A DNA stretch of 64,000 nucleotides from Octopus vulgaris (taxonomy: Eukaryota): assembly GCA_951406725.2 (NCBI GenBank), contig OX597836.1, positions 27,962,001-28,026,000 on the forward strand. The letters run 5' to 3'. Every line of letters begins with the position of its first letter. Position 1 is the stretch's first letter. Under the pieces are notes generated by a model. The model had not been told where the DNA came from. It did not search any database and saw nothing but the letters and a program-made list of their open reading frames with translations. Position numbers and translations under genes: made by a program. Shown piece by piece: positions 15,582 through 28,753 of this stretch.

Positions 15582-17330
15582 GTAGTCGTATTTTATCACA
15601 TGCTTTCATTGCGCAGCTCTTTGTGCCTTGGGTATGTGCTATGGTTTGTTGTGGTGCTCTTATTTTCACTGTATTGCAAGTGTTTTATGTAGGATGTGTG
15701 CGGTGTCTAGTAGTGCTATTTTCTCTATGTTGTTTTTTATCATACCTAATGCGCCTACTATAATAGGAATTGCTTCTGTTTTTAGGCTCCACATTCGAGC
15801 TACCTTTATTTCCAAATCTTTGTATTCTGAAAGCTTCTCCGTTTCTTTTAGAGAGACGTTGTCATTTGTTGGTATTGATACATCGATTAGAAAGCATGAT
15901 TTTTGTTGGTGATCTCTGGCAACTATATCCAGCCTAATAGCCTTGATTTTTCTATCTGTATTGGCATATTCCAGAGTATGGTTGCTTTCTCATTTTCTGT
16001 CACCTTCTCTGGCGTGTGCCTATACCAACTTTATTCTATTGTTATTCCACAGTGTTGGCATAGCTTCCAGTGTATATAGGTCCCAACTCTGTCGTGTCTG
16101 TGAACATATTCCTTCTTATCCAGGACCGAAAAAGAAGTTGAACTGTTTGTTATGTTCAAAGAAACGTTGGCGTTTCTCATACCGGCAGATTTTTTTGTGC
16201 TTTACCGAGGATATCTTGCTTTAGCTGGGTTTTTTTTTACCTCGGACATATCTTGTTTTGTAATTTTGTATTTACGTAGTATTTTGCTTCTCCTCTTGTT
16301 GCTTAGCAGTGTTGGTTGTCTACTAGTTTCATTAAGGAATGACAGATACTTTCATTTTCTCTTCTGTTTTTTTTTCTAGATATTATTTATCCACAGTGTT
16401 TGTTTGGGTGATAATACTCCTGCATATATTATATCATTTAACCTGGTCATGTTGACATTTGTTTGTTTCTGTGGCTATTAGTTCTGTGAGGGCCAGGTTC
16501 ATGATATTTATTACTGATGTTTTATTATCAATTTTAATTTTTGGGAGGTACAATCGGTGGTCCATACTGAGATCTGTGGCTTCCAATTCTTTGACTATAC
16601 TGATTTTTAGAGTATCATAATCATTAATTTCGTCTTCACTGTTTCCAGGTTTTAGATTTGTTTCGCATTCCACTCCGTTCGTTTTTTGTCTGTAGTGTTC
16701 TGGTTTGGTGTATTCTGCTCATCATTATACATTCCTACGATTTGGGTTTGTTGTTTTTCGTTGCTTCGTTTTTGTTGGGCATTTTACGTCTGTTTTCGTA
16801 TTTTACAATCCCAGTACTTATGATATTTATTTGACATTGATGTATGGTCACTATCTACGTTTTTCTGATGTATTTTTTCTTTTACGCGCTCTATTTCTAT
16901 TTCTGATTTTTTTTTTTCTTTTTTGAATACATCTCTGTATGTTTGCTAATTTATTAAAGTTCATTGCCCTTTCCAAATCTTTATCTAGGTTGTTTTTCTT
17001 CCCGATTTTATATGAATATGTTGTTGTGTTTTCGTTCTTTGGGTAGAGCACTGCTGTAAAATAAGCGTATAGAATTGAAATATATTCCTCACGTGTCCAT
17101 TTATGGTTTTTTTCTATTTCATTTGCGGGACGTGAGGAATAACGTCCGTATTTTTATTTCGATGGTTACCATTTTTGTAGAGTACCGATCCGTTCATTTC
17201 TTGTGTTCAATAGTATTGCACGTGAAGTTTTCCGTACTTTTTGTGTAATAAGTTTAAAAGTACGCACTTCCTGGTTGTTATCCTTGGGTTGAATAATGCG
17301 GCTATTATTTAATTTATTTTTCATCTATTT
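15582..17330 (-). mobile_element. R4/Dong-type (restriction-like endonuclease) non-LTR retrotransposon, internally deleted and decayed
   Basis: Minus-strand translation gives N-terminal KWTREEYISILYAYF and KAQKICRYEKRQRFFEHNKQF, then directly KEYVHRHDRVGTYIHWKLCQH, ATILWNMP, RLDIV..FLIDVSIPTNDNVSLKETEKLSEYKDLEIKVARMWSLKTEAIPIIVGALG, ending TAHILHKTLAIQ* (stop 15666-15668). RT domain absent; 3' end abuts the trinucleotide tract. Confidence 0.85.
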
Positions 17331-17608
17331 GAGTATCGTGGTCGGAAACGGAAACGATCTGATGTTGATTTGAACCGTGATGTGGCGAGCATACTTACGC
17401 GTGTTGTGCGAGTGATGAAGACGATACACAGTTAAAAATTATCATTTCATTCGGAAAACTGAAATAAATTTTAATGAGTATTACTTACTCGGATAAAGTC
17501 CAACACTTTGTCAGTTATTTTAGGTTCCATTTCTTGTCCTTATTCCCGATATTTTTGGATAGATTTCGGAGCAGTGTTTTATTGCTCTTACATGTTAAAC
17601 GGCACCGG

Positions 17609-17689
<81 letters not shown>

Positions 17690-17690
<1 letters not shown>

Positions 17691-18020
17691 TCATTAGCAA
17701 TGTTGTCCTCATGGTAGGTGCCAACAATCTTCTCAAATCTCATGAATCTTTTTTGAGAATTCTTCCGGTATATCAGATGGTACCTTAGCCTCTTAGGGAT
17801 CAATTATTGTTGTGACAAGTGCACCAATTACCACAGAAACAACTTCCACAATCTCTTCATCTCTCTGCCCAGCCTCTGATATTTCTCGCATTTTTCAATT
17901 CCTTCTGCATCCAATCTCTTGGTACTGCAAAGTCTATAATTTTATATATTCTTTAATTTATTTTCTTTCATTCGTCTTTACTTTTATTTCCATCCGAAAC
18001 CACCACGACTCATCTTAATC
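17690..18020 (-). mobile_element. Degenerate R4/Dong-type 3' fragment
   Basis: Minus-strand IIDFAVP motif and VVIGAL-like remnants; adjacent to (ATT)n at 17610-17690. Confidence 0.55.
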
Positions 18021-18046
18021 GATATATTTTTTTTTTAATTTACCAT

Positions 18047-18455
18047 AGGCGCTGGCGTGGTTGTGTGGCAAGAAGCTTGCTTCCCAACCACATGGTTCCG
18101 GGTTCAGTCCCACTGCGTGTCACCTAGGGAAACTATCTTCTACTATAGCCTCGGACCGACTAAAGACCTGTGAGTGGATTTGGTAGGCAGAAAATGTTAT
18201 AAGGCGGCGAGCTGGCAGAAACGTTAGCACGCCGGGCGAAATGCTTAGCGGTATTTCGTCTGTCTTTAACGTTCTGAGTTCAAATTCCGCCGAGGTTGTC
18301 TTTGCCTTTCATCCTTTCGGGGTTGATAAACTAAATACCCGTTACGCTCTGGGGTCGATGTAATCGACTTAGTCCCTTTGTCTGTCCTTGTTTGTCCCCT
18401 CTATGTTTAGCTCCTTGTGGGGAATAAAGAAATAAGAAACTGAAAGAAGCTCGTC

Positions 18456-18524
<69 letters not shown>

Positions 18525-19170
18525 AAGCGTATAACTCCGTGGTTATGGTGCTGCTCTCACGATTGCGAGATCGTGGGTTCGATTTCCAAACCGGGCGTTG
18601 CATTGTGTTCTTGAGCAAAGCACTTAATTTCACGTTGCTCTGCGATCACTTCGGCATCTGATATGTGGCACCCAGTTGCACCTGTACAGGTAATGTCGAT
18701 CTGATGGAGGGAGAGAGCTTATGTCTACACAAACATTTGATCACTATAAACAAATCATGCGTGTGTGGTTGTTCGTTAAGAAATTGTCGATCCCTCGTAC
18801 GTCATCTAACGACGGGAGAGTCTATATATGTATGTATGTGTGTGTGTGTGTATGCATGTGTGTGTGTATGTATGTATGTATGTATGTATGTGTGTATGTA
18901 TGTATGTATGTATGTATGTATGTATGTATGTATGTATGTATGTATGTATGTATGTATGTATGTATGTATGTGTATGTGTTTGTCCCCTACCATCGCTTGA
19001 CAACCGATGCTGGTGTGCTTATATCCCCGTGACTTAACGGCTCAGCAAAAAGACCGATATAATAAGTACTAGGCTTACAAAGAATAAGTTCTGAGGTTGA
19101 TTTCTTACACTAAAACCCCTTTGACTGGCCGCAGTCAAATGACTGAAACAAGTAAAAGAATAAAAGAATT
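18047..19170 (+). mobile_element. Nested SINE cluster: family A host (18047-18195, 18436-18457, 18970-19170) carrying family B (18200-18435) and a family C-related SINE (18521-18822)
   Basis: The family A sequence resumes collinearly after each insert; B insert flanked by AGAAAATG/AGAAACTG. Confidence 0.85.
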
Positions 19171-20829
19171 CCCTACATTCTGCATGAGGCCACTCCTCTT
19201 TATCTATACTCAGAGCATGCACCTAGTTTCAGTAGCCTGGTTTGAAGCAAACATCCCACATCCTACACTTAACATAATTAATAGAACCACTTAGCAATTA
19301 ACATTCGCACTAAATGAGCATGAAACGACAAAGTATTAATTAAACGACTAGGTCAACCCTTCGCTATGTTCCTACATATATCTACGAAGCAAAGCCACTT
19401 AAAGCCTTGTCTTCTAATCACTGATGCTTGACCATTCTTCAAAATTGCCACTCTGAAAGAAAACAATTTTCAAATGACCTCTTAATCCTTTTACTGTGGA
19501 AATCAGATATATTCAGTCAAAATTTCGTTAACTTGCAAAATGCAGTTTTAAATACCAATTTTATGCTGAGATATGTCAAGTTTATTGGGGCAACATAACT
19601 TGCAGAAAATACCAACTCGATTTTTGTGATAGATAATTAACATCATTATGGCAATAAACATGAACTTTAATTTCACAGTGAATGACTTAAGGGACCTTGT
19701 CAAATGTGATCAAATACATTCCAACCATGACTGTCCTACTTTTTTTCCAGGAAAACTGAATTCAGGGTCACGTTATCCAATGTTCTCAAATTATATTTTT
19801 AACCCTTTTACTGCAGAAATCAGATACGTCCATTCAGCAATTCATTACTATTAACTCTGGAAAACAGTTTTATAAACCAATCTATTTTTTGTTGAAGAAT
19901 GTAATGCTTCCAACTTTTTTTTTTCTTTTTGTTAAAATGTCAACTTTATTGAGGTAACATGACTTGCAGAAAATACTAATTCTGATTTTTGGTATATATT
20001 TAAGATCATTACTGGAATAACAAATTAATTTTGAAGTTACAGGTTTAAAATGACTACCAAAGCTGGAAATAGATTTTATTTTCTAAAATCTATCAACCAT
20101 AAAGAACATTTTCCAGTTCATGGAGACAACACAAAAGTATATACCAACAGAAACATTTCACTGTTCTTTATCAGCATTTTTTTCTCTTATTTAGTCTTTT
20201 GCGATTTTGTTTTATTTTTCCATAGTACATAAATTACATGGTCTGTGGCTATCCGTATACGAACGAATTCATGACAATTTTTCGTTTTAATTTGCAATAT
20301 ACTCCTTTGTTTTTCAATGCCCAAATATAATTAGAGAACGACGTATCTTTGCTTCCTTTTTGATGACAGGAAATATGCGTGTCTTGGATTACACTGTCGT
20401 TTCAGATTTCATGGAATACCTTTGAAGATTGGTCAGTTTTCATTTACATTCGTATATTATGTATTTTGCGAGACATTTGTCGTCTGTGAAGCAGTTACAC
20501 ATTATTTCATATTTTCATTGTTTCGGTTACAGATCGAATTAACAGAGAACATGTAAGATGGTCTTCTTTGCCTGAAATTCAGAAAACTCTTACAAATTGT
20601 AACTCAAATCTTCAGTAACATTTGTAACAATAATTACAGATTGAAACATAAATAATACAATCTGAGCAGGTAATTGTAAGGTTCGTTACAGCTGCCTATA
20701 AACGTTTCTTTATTCAATAATTTGGATTTAAATATCCTTACCTGCTGAACATCTAGCCTCTACAATATTGCATATTTTTATTCACATAGCACCTCCCTCA
20801 AGAAAATTCAGATCTTGAGCTTATCGTTT

Positions 20830-20835
20830 TTATTA

Positions 20836-20910
<75 letters not shown>

Positions 20911-20911
20911 A

Positions 20912-21001
<90 letters not shown>

Positions 21002-21005
21002 CATC

Positions 21006-21073
<68 letters not shown>

Positions 21074-21081
21074 TATTATTA

Positions 21082-21116
<35 letters not shown>

Positions 21117-21117
21117 G
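20830..21117. repeat. (ATT)n/(ATC)n trinucleotide tract
   Basis: Direct reading. Confidence 0.95.
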
Positions 21118-21119
21118 AG

Positions 21120-21440
21120 TAGTTTCATTTTTATCTCGTGCTGTCACTGCGCTACCGAGTGCTGCTCTGTGCGTCTTGGGTATGTGCTGTGGCTTGTTGT
21201 GGTGCTCATATTTTCACTGTATTGAAAGTGTTTTACGTAGGTTGTGTGCGGTGTCTAGCAGTGCTATTTTCTGTGTGTTATATATATTTGTAAGTCCTGG
21301 TGTTTTTTGTTACGTATCTGTCTGAATGTTTTATTTATCATACCTAATGCGCCTATTATTATAGGAATTGCTTCTGTTTTTAGGAGCAACATTCGGGTTA
21401 CCTCTATATCTAGATCTTTGTTTCTGTTTTTAGGCTCCAA
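21120..21440 (-). mobile_element. R4/Dong-type 3' end, same family as 15582-17330
   Basis: Closely similar to 15590-15820 (GGGTATGTGCT..ATTTTCACTGTATTG..CATACCTAATGCGCCTA); ends at the (ATT)n tract. Confidence 0.85.
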
Positions 21441-21544
21441 TTGTTGTTGTTGTTAATGTTGTTGCTGCTGCTGCTGCTGTTTTCCTTCTCAGAACGCTCG
21501 GTCTTGTTTCTTCTGGTAGATTCTGTGAGAGCAGACAGCAGCCT

Positions 21545-22560
21545 GTTGTCAGAGATCTCACAGGGCCTCTTTTCGCACATTACAAGCTTTGATACTTGGT
21601 TGTTAATTATCGTGGGAGACATCCAACACCGATCTCAAAATCCTAACTGTCCCAAAAAGAGCAGCATTTTAGGCTTGCTCTGCTAACATATCAATTCCGA
21701 TTTCTCTGACATATTTCTCGAACTTGGTTGTTAGTGATCCGAGTTACCCTACAACTACAGGAATGACAGACACTCTCCTCATAGTCCACATTCTTGCAAT
21801 TTCGTCTTTTGATAGTCTGTATTTTTCAATCATTTCTAGTTCTCTGTCATTTATGCGTGCATCTCCAGGTATTGCAATATCTATAATTTTGGTTTCCTTT
21901 TTTTTTTTATCTACCACAACAATATCTAGTATCTAAGTCTCAATTTGGGAGTCATACTAGATTGTAAAATCTTACGGTATCTTATGTTCCTTGTTCTCGG
22001 TGATTCTTTCTGGTTCATGTTCGAACCGTTTCCATGCTCTGTTCAGGCCGTACTTTTCACTTAACCTCCAGTGGACGAACTTAGCCACGTTATCGTGCCT
22101 CGTCTTGCAGTGCTTTGGGACCAATTTGCTACACTCACAATATGTGAGATTGTTTCGTTTCTGCTGCCACACATCCTACAAAGGGGCGATCCGCTACTCT
22201 TATCTATTTGGAATTTGATGTAATTAGTTACCAGAGCTTCTTCCCGGACGTTGCGTATCAGTGCCTCAGAGCATCCTTTCCGATCACTTTTTCTTAGCCA
22301 CCTCCAAGTGTTGATCTTGTCTTATCCTTCGATTTCTCTGAGGTATTTTCCTTGCAATGGTTTCATTTTCCAGTTGTTTACTCTTTCCTCTTCATCTTGT
22401 TTCTTAAATATTTGTGGGTGCATCACATTTTCGGTAGGTATTGTATTGTAAATTCTAACAGCGGCAAGCAAGGATTCGGTCTGTTGTTTGAAGTACCATC
22501 CCAAACTGTCTCTGATTTCATGTCCCATTCCAGACAGTTTTTCTCGTTGACTACAATTTT
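21545..22560 (-). mobile_element. Second R4/Dong-type family, decayed C-terminal region
   Basis: Minus-strand NWKMKPLQGKYLREIE, TWRWLRKSD, CECSKL..TRHDNVAKFVHWRL, IIDIAIPGDARINDRELEMIEKY..EIARMW..VIPVVVG, GTVRILRSVL, with multiple stops. Confidence 0.8.
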
Positions 22561-23177
22561 TATTGTTGTTGTTGTTGTTGTTGTTGTAACTTTTGCATTT
22601 TGGCATAGGTTGCAGAATAGTAAGAGCGTCTGAAAAACATCTCGCGGTATTTCTTCCGACTCTTCGTTCGGAGTTCACAAATCCCCGCCAAGGTCAGTGA
22701 CAATGTTCGCCTTTCATCCTTTCAGTGTCGATAAAATAAAATACCAGTCAAATACTGGTGTCGAAGGTATTAAATCATCCCTCCCCACAAAATCCGTTTA
22801 CCGAGTTTTTTTTTTTTTTTGCTCTTTTGCTTGCTCTTTTGTGTTTTGTATTTCTGTTTTGTTTTTTTTTTGTTCCTAACAATTTGTAATTATCTTCTGC
22901 TCTTAAACTGTAAGACCATAACCTTGAAATATGGCGTGATATATTATTAATATCATTACATCGTCTGTGTAATATTAACATCGCCTGTGTGCGTGTGTAT
23001 GCATGTGTGCGTGTGTGAGTGTGTGTAGGTATTTATGCATATACGTACGTAAGTATATTTGTAAGCATGTATGTGTCCATGTATATATATGTATGCATAT
23101 GTGTATGTGTATGTGTATGCATATATATGGGAATGTGTGTACGTACGTGTGTATGTATATATATATATATATATATA

Positions 23178-23298
23178 TCACGTCATCACGTGACCGACCA
23201 GGCTATCAGATGTTGCTACACATCGCTGGTCACAATGACCTTCGCATTGTTTTAGCCTTCAAATGACGCCACCTCGCTGGGTAAGTGAGCAGACCAAT
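23178..23298. mobile_element. Short interspersed repeat inside microsatellite, homologous to 46075-46180; probable LINE 3' stub
   Basis: Shared ATCACGTGA.CGACCAG..ACATCGCTGGTCACAAT..TTTTAGC..AAATGA.GCCACC. Confidence 0.65.
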
Positions 23299-23306
23299 AT
23301 ATATAT

Positions 23307-23346
<40 letters not shown>

Positions 23347-23374
23347 GCGCATGTATATAAGTACGTATGCATGC

Positions 23375-23426
<52 letters not shown>

Positions 23427-23434
23427 GTATGTGT

Positions 23435-23535
23435 CATTATTCAGTTTTATTTCAAGATTTCTTGCCAACAAAGAGCCGGTTTCTAACTTAGATCCAAGGT
23501 TCCTTCATTGGAATTTCAACATCAACCTCAGGGTG
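23435..23535. mobile_element. Short interspersed repeat inside (TATG)n; inverse copy at 51865-51970
   Basis: Shared TTTTATTTCAAGATTTCTTGC..CCGGTTTCTAAC.TAGA..TTGGAATTTCAACATCAAC. Confidence 0.7.
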
Positions 23536-23566
23536 TCTTTGTATGTATGTATGTATACATGCATAA

Positions 23567-23597
<31 letters not shown>

Positions 23598-23610
23598 TAT
23601 GCGTGTGTAA

Positions 23611-23675
<65 letters not shown>

Positions 23676-24059
23676 TGTATGTATGTATGTATGTATGTGT
23701 GTGTGTATGTGTGACAGGCGAAATGCTTCCATGAAAAGCACCGTTGTCATCCGATTTCCTACTTCCGCACCCTCTCCTCTCCAACTCATCAAAAACAAAC
23801 AAAACAAACAGAGAAATAAATGCAACTATCAAAGAATGTTTTGAGACAATGTGACACAGTTTACTTCCGAGATGTCTGCTCATTCGCTACTCGATCTCCA
23901 CCCGTTCCCCACCCGTTCCTCTCCCACTTGTTGTTGCTGGTTCTACATGTACGTAACCTAGCCTGCCTCTCTCTAAGTAGACCATGTAACGATGGGAAGT
24001 TCACGCAACTAAGACAGAGGGAAAACGGGTGGCAGGCATCCTTTCAGAGTGGGTGGGAG

Positions 24060-24520
24060 GTGATGGAATAATGGTCTCGGTGGTGGCGGTAGTGGTGACG
24101 GCGGTAGTGGTGGTGGTGGTGGTGGTGGTGGTTGTTGTTTGTGGTGCTGCTGCTGCTAATGGTGGTGGTTGTTTTGATGGAGGCGGTGGTGATGGTAGTA
24201 GCGGTGGTGTCGGCGATGATGATGGGTTTTTTTTTACTGTGATGGTGATGGTGGCGGTGGTGGCGGTAGTCGTCGTCGTCGTCGTGGTATGTGGTAGTGG
24301 TGGTAGTTTGTGATGTTGCTGTTGGTGATGGTGGTGGTGGCCGCGGCGACGGTGGTGATGGGAATGGTTTTTGGCTGCGTTAGTGGTGGTTTTGGCAGCG
24401 GCAGCGGTGGTAGTGGTGGTATTGATAGTGGTGGTGGTATTGATGGTGAGGGTGGTGGTAGTGGTATTAGTGATGTTGGTGGAAATAGTAGTAGTAATAG
24501 TTAGTACCAGTTGTGTAGTG

Positions 24521-24590
<70 letters not shown>

Positions 24591-24610
24591 GGGTGGGGGG
24601 TGATGGTGGT
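24060..24610. repeat. Degenerate (GTG/GTA/GAT)n trinucleotide region
   Basis: Direct reading. Confidence 0.9.
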
Positions 24611-25004
24611 GGATGTCTCCTCAAGGTACATTACACAGTCTTCGACGCTCTAACAATACACTCCAAGTCAAGTTGGACACAAAGGTTGCATTTCAATAAC
24701 TTGAAGTGACATAATTGTGATTTTAAAGAAATTGAAAATAAATTATTCCCCTCCACTCTCTCTAATACACTTGTGCTTTGCAGCCCCTGATACTAACCGC
24801 CCCATAATTGGTTGCAAGAGGTTAACTTTTTCGTTATTGTCCTTGTTGAACTTGTGCCTCCTTCCTTATTTCGCCCCTTTTCAAGTTTTCCTTCTAATTG
24901 CGTTTTCTTTTCCTGTTTGCTTCGCTTATTTATTTCATCCATTTGAAACCATTGTCAAAACGGTTGACCCTATTGAAAGTACGCTCACCACTACAGGCAA
25001 GTGC

Positions 25005-25070
<66 letters not shown>

Positions 25071-25790
25071 ACACAAACGCACATGCTACTACAGCTGCTG
25101 TCACAGCCGCACACATTTTTTTTTCTTTTATTCGTTGGCTGATTTCATTTGTTGAACTGCGAGTATTAATAAACGCCATCTGAAGCGATATAATAATCCC
25201 TTCTTATTACGACACTTTCAGACATACACGGGCCTTCGTTTCAGTTATAACAGTTGGTTTTTGTTTTGTTTTACTATCGAACGAACTGCATCTACATAAT
25301 TTAGCCTGCATTGATCACATGTAAAAATATGAAATATGCATTATGAAATATGTTATAAAATATATGTTAAAGAGAAACATATCAATAACGACTCCTTTCA
25401 AATATTCATTTTGACTCTTTTCCCTCCAACCTGTCAAATCAATTTGTTGAGTCCGACGCCTTACACTCCACCATTAACATCACAAAACAGACAGACTAAC
25501 TTTCATAGAAAATCTAAATAAAACATTGGGAATATTCATTGATTTCTCTTTTTAGAATTGACTTCTTTTTTTTTTTGTGTGGTGATGAGTGTCGGATATT
25601 TTTAAAGAAACTATTTCTTGTGAAATGCAACATCGGTCTTTCGTTGCTTTTGTTGTTGCTCAATTTTTCCCCCACATAAATATGGTATTTACATTTGATA
25701 TGTATCTATTTCTGACCTTTGATGAGGTTCGATAAATATTGAGACAGTTAACATATGGATATAATAAAACCCACCTTAAATAAATGAGCG

Positions 25791-25841
<51 letters not shown>

Positions 25842-25949
25842 ATAAACTTACAAGGAAATGGATGCGTGGCGTTCAATCATATAATAATATAAATAAAAAT
25901 ATATATGTATATATGCATATATACATACATATATGTACATATTTACATA

Positions 25950-26005
<56 letters not shown>

Positions 26006-26214
26006 TATATGAGTACGGGACGTCACAAAACGTAAACAACAAGAAATACGAAAACGACATGGATTACGAAATGCGAAAACAGCATGAAATACGAAGGCAA
26101 ACCTGGGTATGCGAACAGCGAGAGAAACAAGTAAAAAACAAGACAAGTAACATAAAGAGTGACTCTTCATCAGTTGTCGGCTGTTTATCTACTCCACATT
26201 TCGAGCAATTCACG

Positions 26215-26271
<57 letters not shown>

Positions 26272-26745
26272 CAGTGGTATGCATCATGCTATCTTAAGAG
26301 TAGCGAACTTATCAATTTAATATATTTTACCTCGAGTTCACTTTACAGGAATTAAAAAGACTTATTGCATCTATAATGGAAATGTTGCCAATTTTGTCAA
26401 TTTTTTCATAAAAGTTGTCAAAAACCTTTCATTGGTTGTACACTTGGGCCTCGTTGAGACATACCCCTTTATTAAAGTGTTTAGTCGTTTCGCGATTCTA
26501 TCACTGAATGTGCTGTTAATTTGATGTTACATGTTCGAGATTGATATCCTGCCTTTCCAAGAGAAAACTGGGGTTTTTTATGTACAAGAAACAACCAAAA
26601 CCTATTGAGTGATTGCAGTCGTAATTAATTAACTGTGCTTATCTTTTTAGTTGTGCAAAGTTATGTTTCATAATTTAAACGTACTTACCTTTACCATACT
26701 TTATATAACTTTAACCAATTACCGTGGCCATATAATATATAACAT

Positions 26746-26945
26746 TAAGGCGGCGAGCTGGCAGAATTGTTAGCGGCATTTCGTCCGCCCTTACGTTCTG
26801 CGTTCAAATTCCACCGCGGTCGACCTTGCCTTTCATCTTTTCGGGGTTGATAAAATAAGTACCAGTTGACCACTAGGGTCGATGTAATCAACTTAGCCCC
26901 ACCTCTGAACTTTCTGGTCTTGTCCTGACATTTCAAACCATTATC
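26746..26945 (+). mobile_element. SINE family B, older subfamily
   Basis: TAAGGCGGCGAGCTGGCAGAA head; tail ..GGTCTTGTCCTGACATTTCAAACCATTAT. Confidence 0.88.
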
Positions 26946-27024
26946 ATACATAACTTTGACGAACTAAGTTGGCCATATTTAACATATTTTTGTAAAGCCT
27001 TTGTTTTCTTCATTATAACAAACA

Positions 27025-27325
27025 GGTGAAGGCTCGTGGCTTAGTGATTAGGGTATTTGGTTCACGGTCGTAAGGTCGTGAGTTCAATTCCTGGTGGTGC
27101 GTTGTGTCCTTGAGCAAGACACTTTATGGCACATACCTCCTGTCCACTCAGCCGGCAAAAATGAGTTGTACCTGTAATTCAAAGAGCCAACCGTGTCACA
27201 TTCTGTGTCACACTGAATCTCCCTGAGAACTACGTATATCTGTGGAGTCCTCAGCCACTTGCACGTTAATTTCACGGGCAGGCTGATCCGTTGATCGGAT
27301 CAACTGGAACCCTCGTCGCCATGCC
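27025..27325 (+). mobile_element. SINE family C
   Basis: A box TGGCTTAGTGA, B box GAGTTCAATTCC, TGTGTCCTTGAGCAAGACACTT. Confidence 0.88.
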
Positions 27326-28120
27326 AGTTCTTTAGTCTTTGAATGACAAACAGATTGCTTTTATGTTTTTATCGCTTTTATAGTTTTATCGTTATTCCAC
27401 AAGTCCTGTATGATTTGCTTAAGAATTTTGCGTGGTGTGTTTACATTGAGATGTTTCTATTCGTTCACCATCTTCAGATTCCAATCCCTCTAGCGATGTG
27501 CCACCAATTTTTATTTTACTTTTATCGAAATTGATGACAAACTGCGACGCATCTTTTTATGCAAACATGCGCATACATTTTCACATATTTACACATACGT
27601 ACACATATTTCTGTAACAGACGTAGATTTTACTTCAATTACTCAAATATCCGGTTATATAAAAATACACTTATATACACAATTTATATTTATACATACAT
27701 CAACCCATGCAAATATATACACTCGTATAAAACTATAGATTAAAATACAAACACACGAATAACATATTTATATATACTCAACCATTCTTTACGTGGTATC
27801 GTAAACTTGAGCATTAAATTTAAAACTGTGAAGAAGCTTATTGATAATTTGAAATATTGCTGTGTCTTGGAAAGGTCACCACGTCAATAATAATAATAAC
27901 ACATACACTTGTTCAATAGCACTTCTTTGTTGGCTAAACTTGTGCGTGCGTTATTATTGACGTAACGACCATCCCAAAATACAAGATTTGTCTCAATACA
28001 TGAATTCACACCAAGAATCTTGCAGCCCAAATACAAAAGCGAAGTAATTTAAAATATAGAAATAATAAATAAATGTGGCGATGAATAGAATGAACCAAGT
28101 GTACACATCGCTCGCTTTAA

Positions 28121-28354
28121 CTCTTTTGGATCAGCGAGTACACTATAGCGGGTGCGATTTCGATTGGCGCCACTCCTGAAAGACGCAGATGTAGTCCACG
28201 TCATGATTTCGTATTTACTGCACCCTGAAAGGCAGGAATATCGTTATTTGCAAACCGTAGACACAAAACTATGTGATCGCCTTCTTCTACATCCTATAGG
28301 GGTTTATTTAAACAAAATTGCACCCCCTACAGCGTACTCGCGGGTTCAAAAGGG
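28121..28354. mobile_element. piggyBac-type MITE, 234 bp
   Basis: TTAA at 28117-28120 and 28355-28358; about 40-bp imperfect TIRs (CTCTTTTGGATCAGCGAGTACACTATAG vs reverse complement CCCTTTTGAACCCGCGAGTACGCTGTAG). Confidence 0.85.
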
Positions 28355-28697
28355 TTAAGAGATATACACATGCTAGATTATGGTTCTTACCTCGAACGAA
28401 GAGAAGAGGCTTGAAAAGAAAATTCAATTCCGTAGACATTTAAACATCTTAAGCAACAGCGGATTTATTATTAATGATAATCTTATGAAGGAGAAGTAAT
28501 AATGAGGTTTTGAAAAGAAAATATGTTAGATGAAAGATTAAATCATAATGACTAGCGTTTCATGCAGAAGATTTGAGTAAGTGGGGAATAAGAGAAAGTG
28601 GACGAAATTGTCTGACTTTGTTGATGCGAGAAAGGAAGCTGTAGACTGCAAACAAGAAAAGTTATATATACACACACAGATAGAGAGAGAGAGAGAG

Positions 28698-28753
<56 letters not shown>

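Noticed and set aside
20400-20680. Possible plus-strand micro-exons (e.g. TTACAG|ATCGAATTAACAGAGAACAT|GTAAGA)
   Set aside because: Such splice-like motifs arise by chance in AT-rich DNA; no coherent reading frame or transcript evidence.
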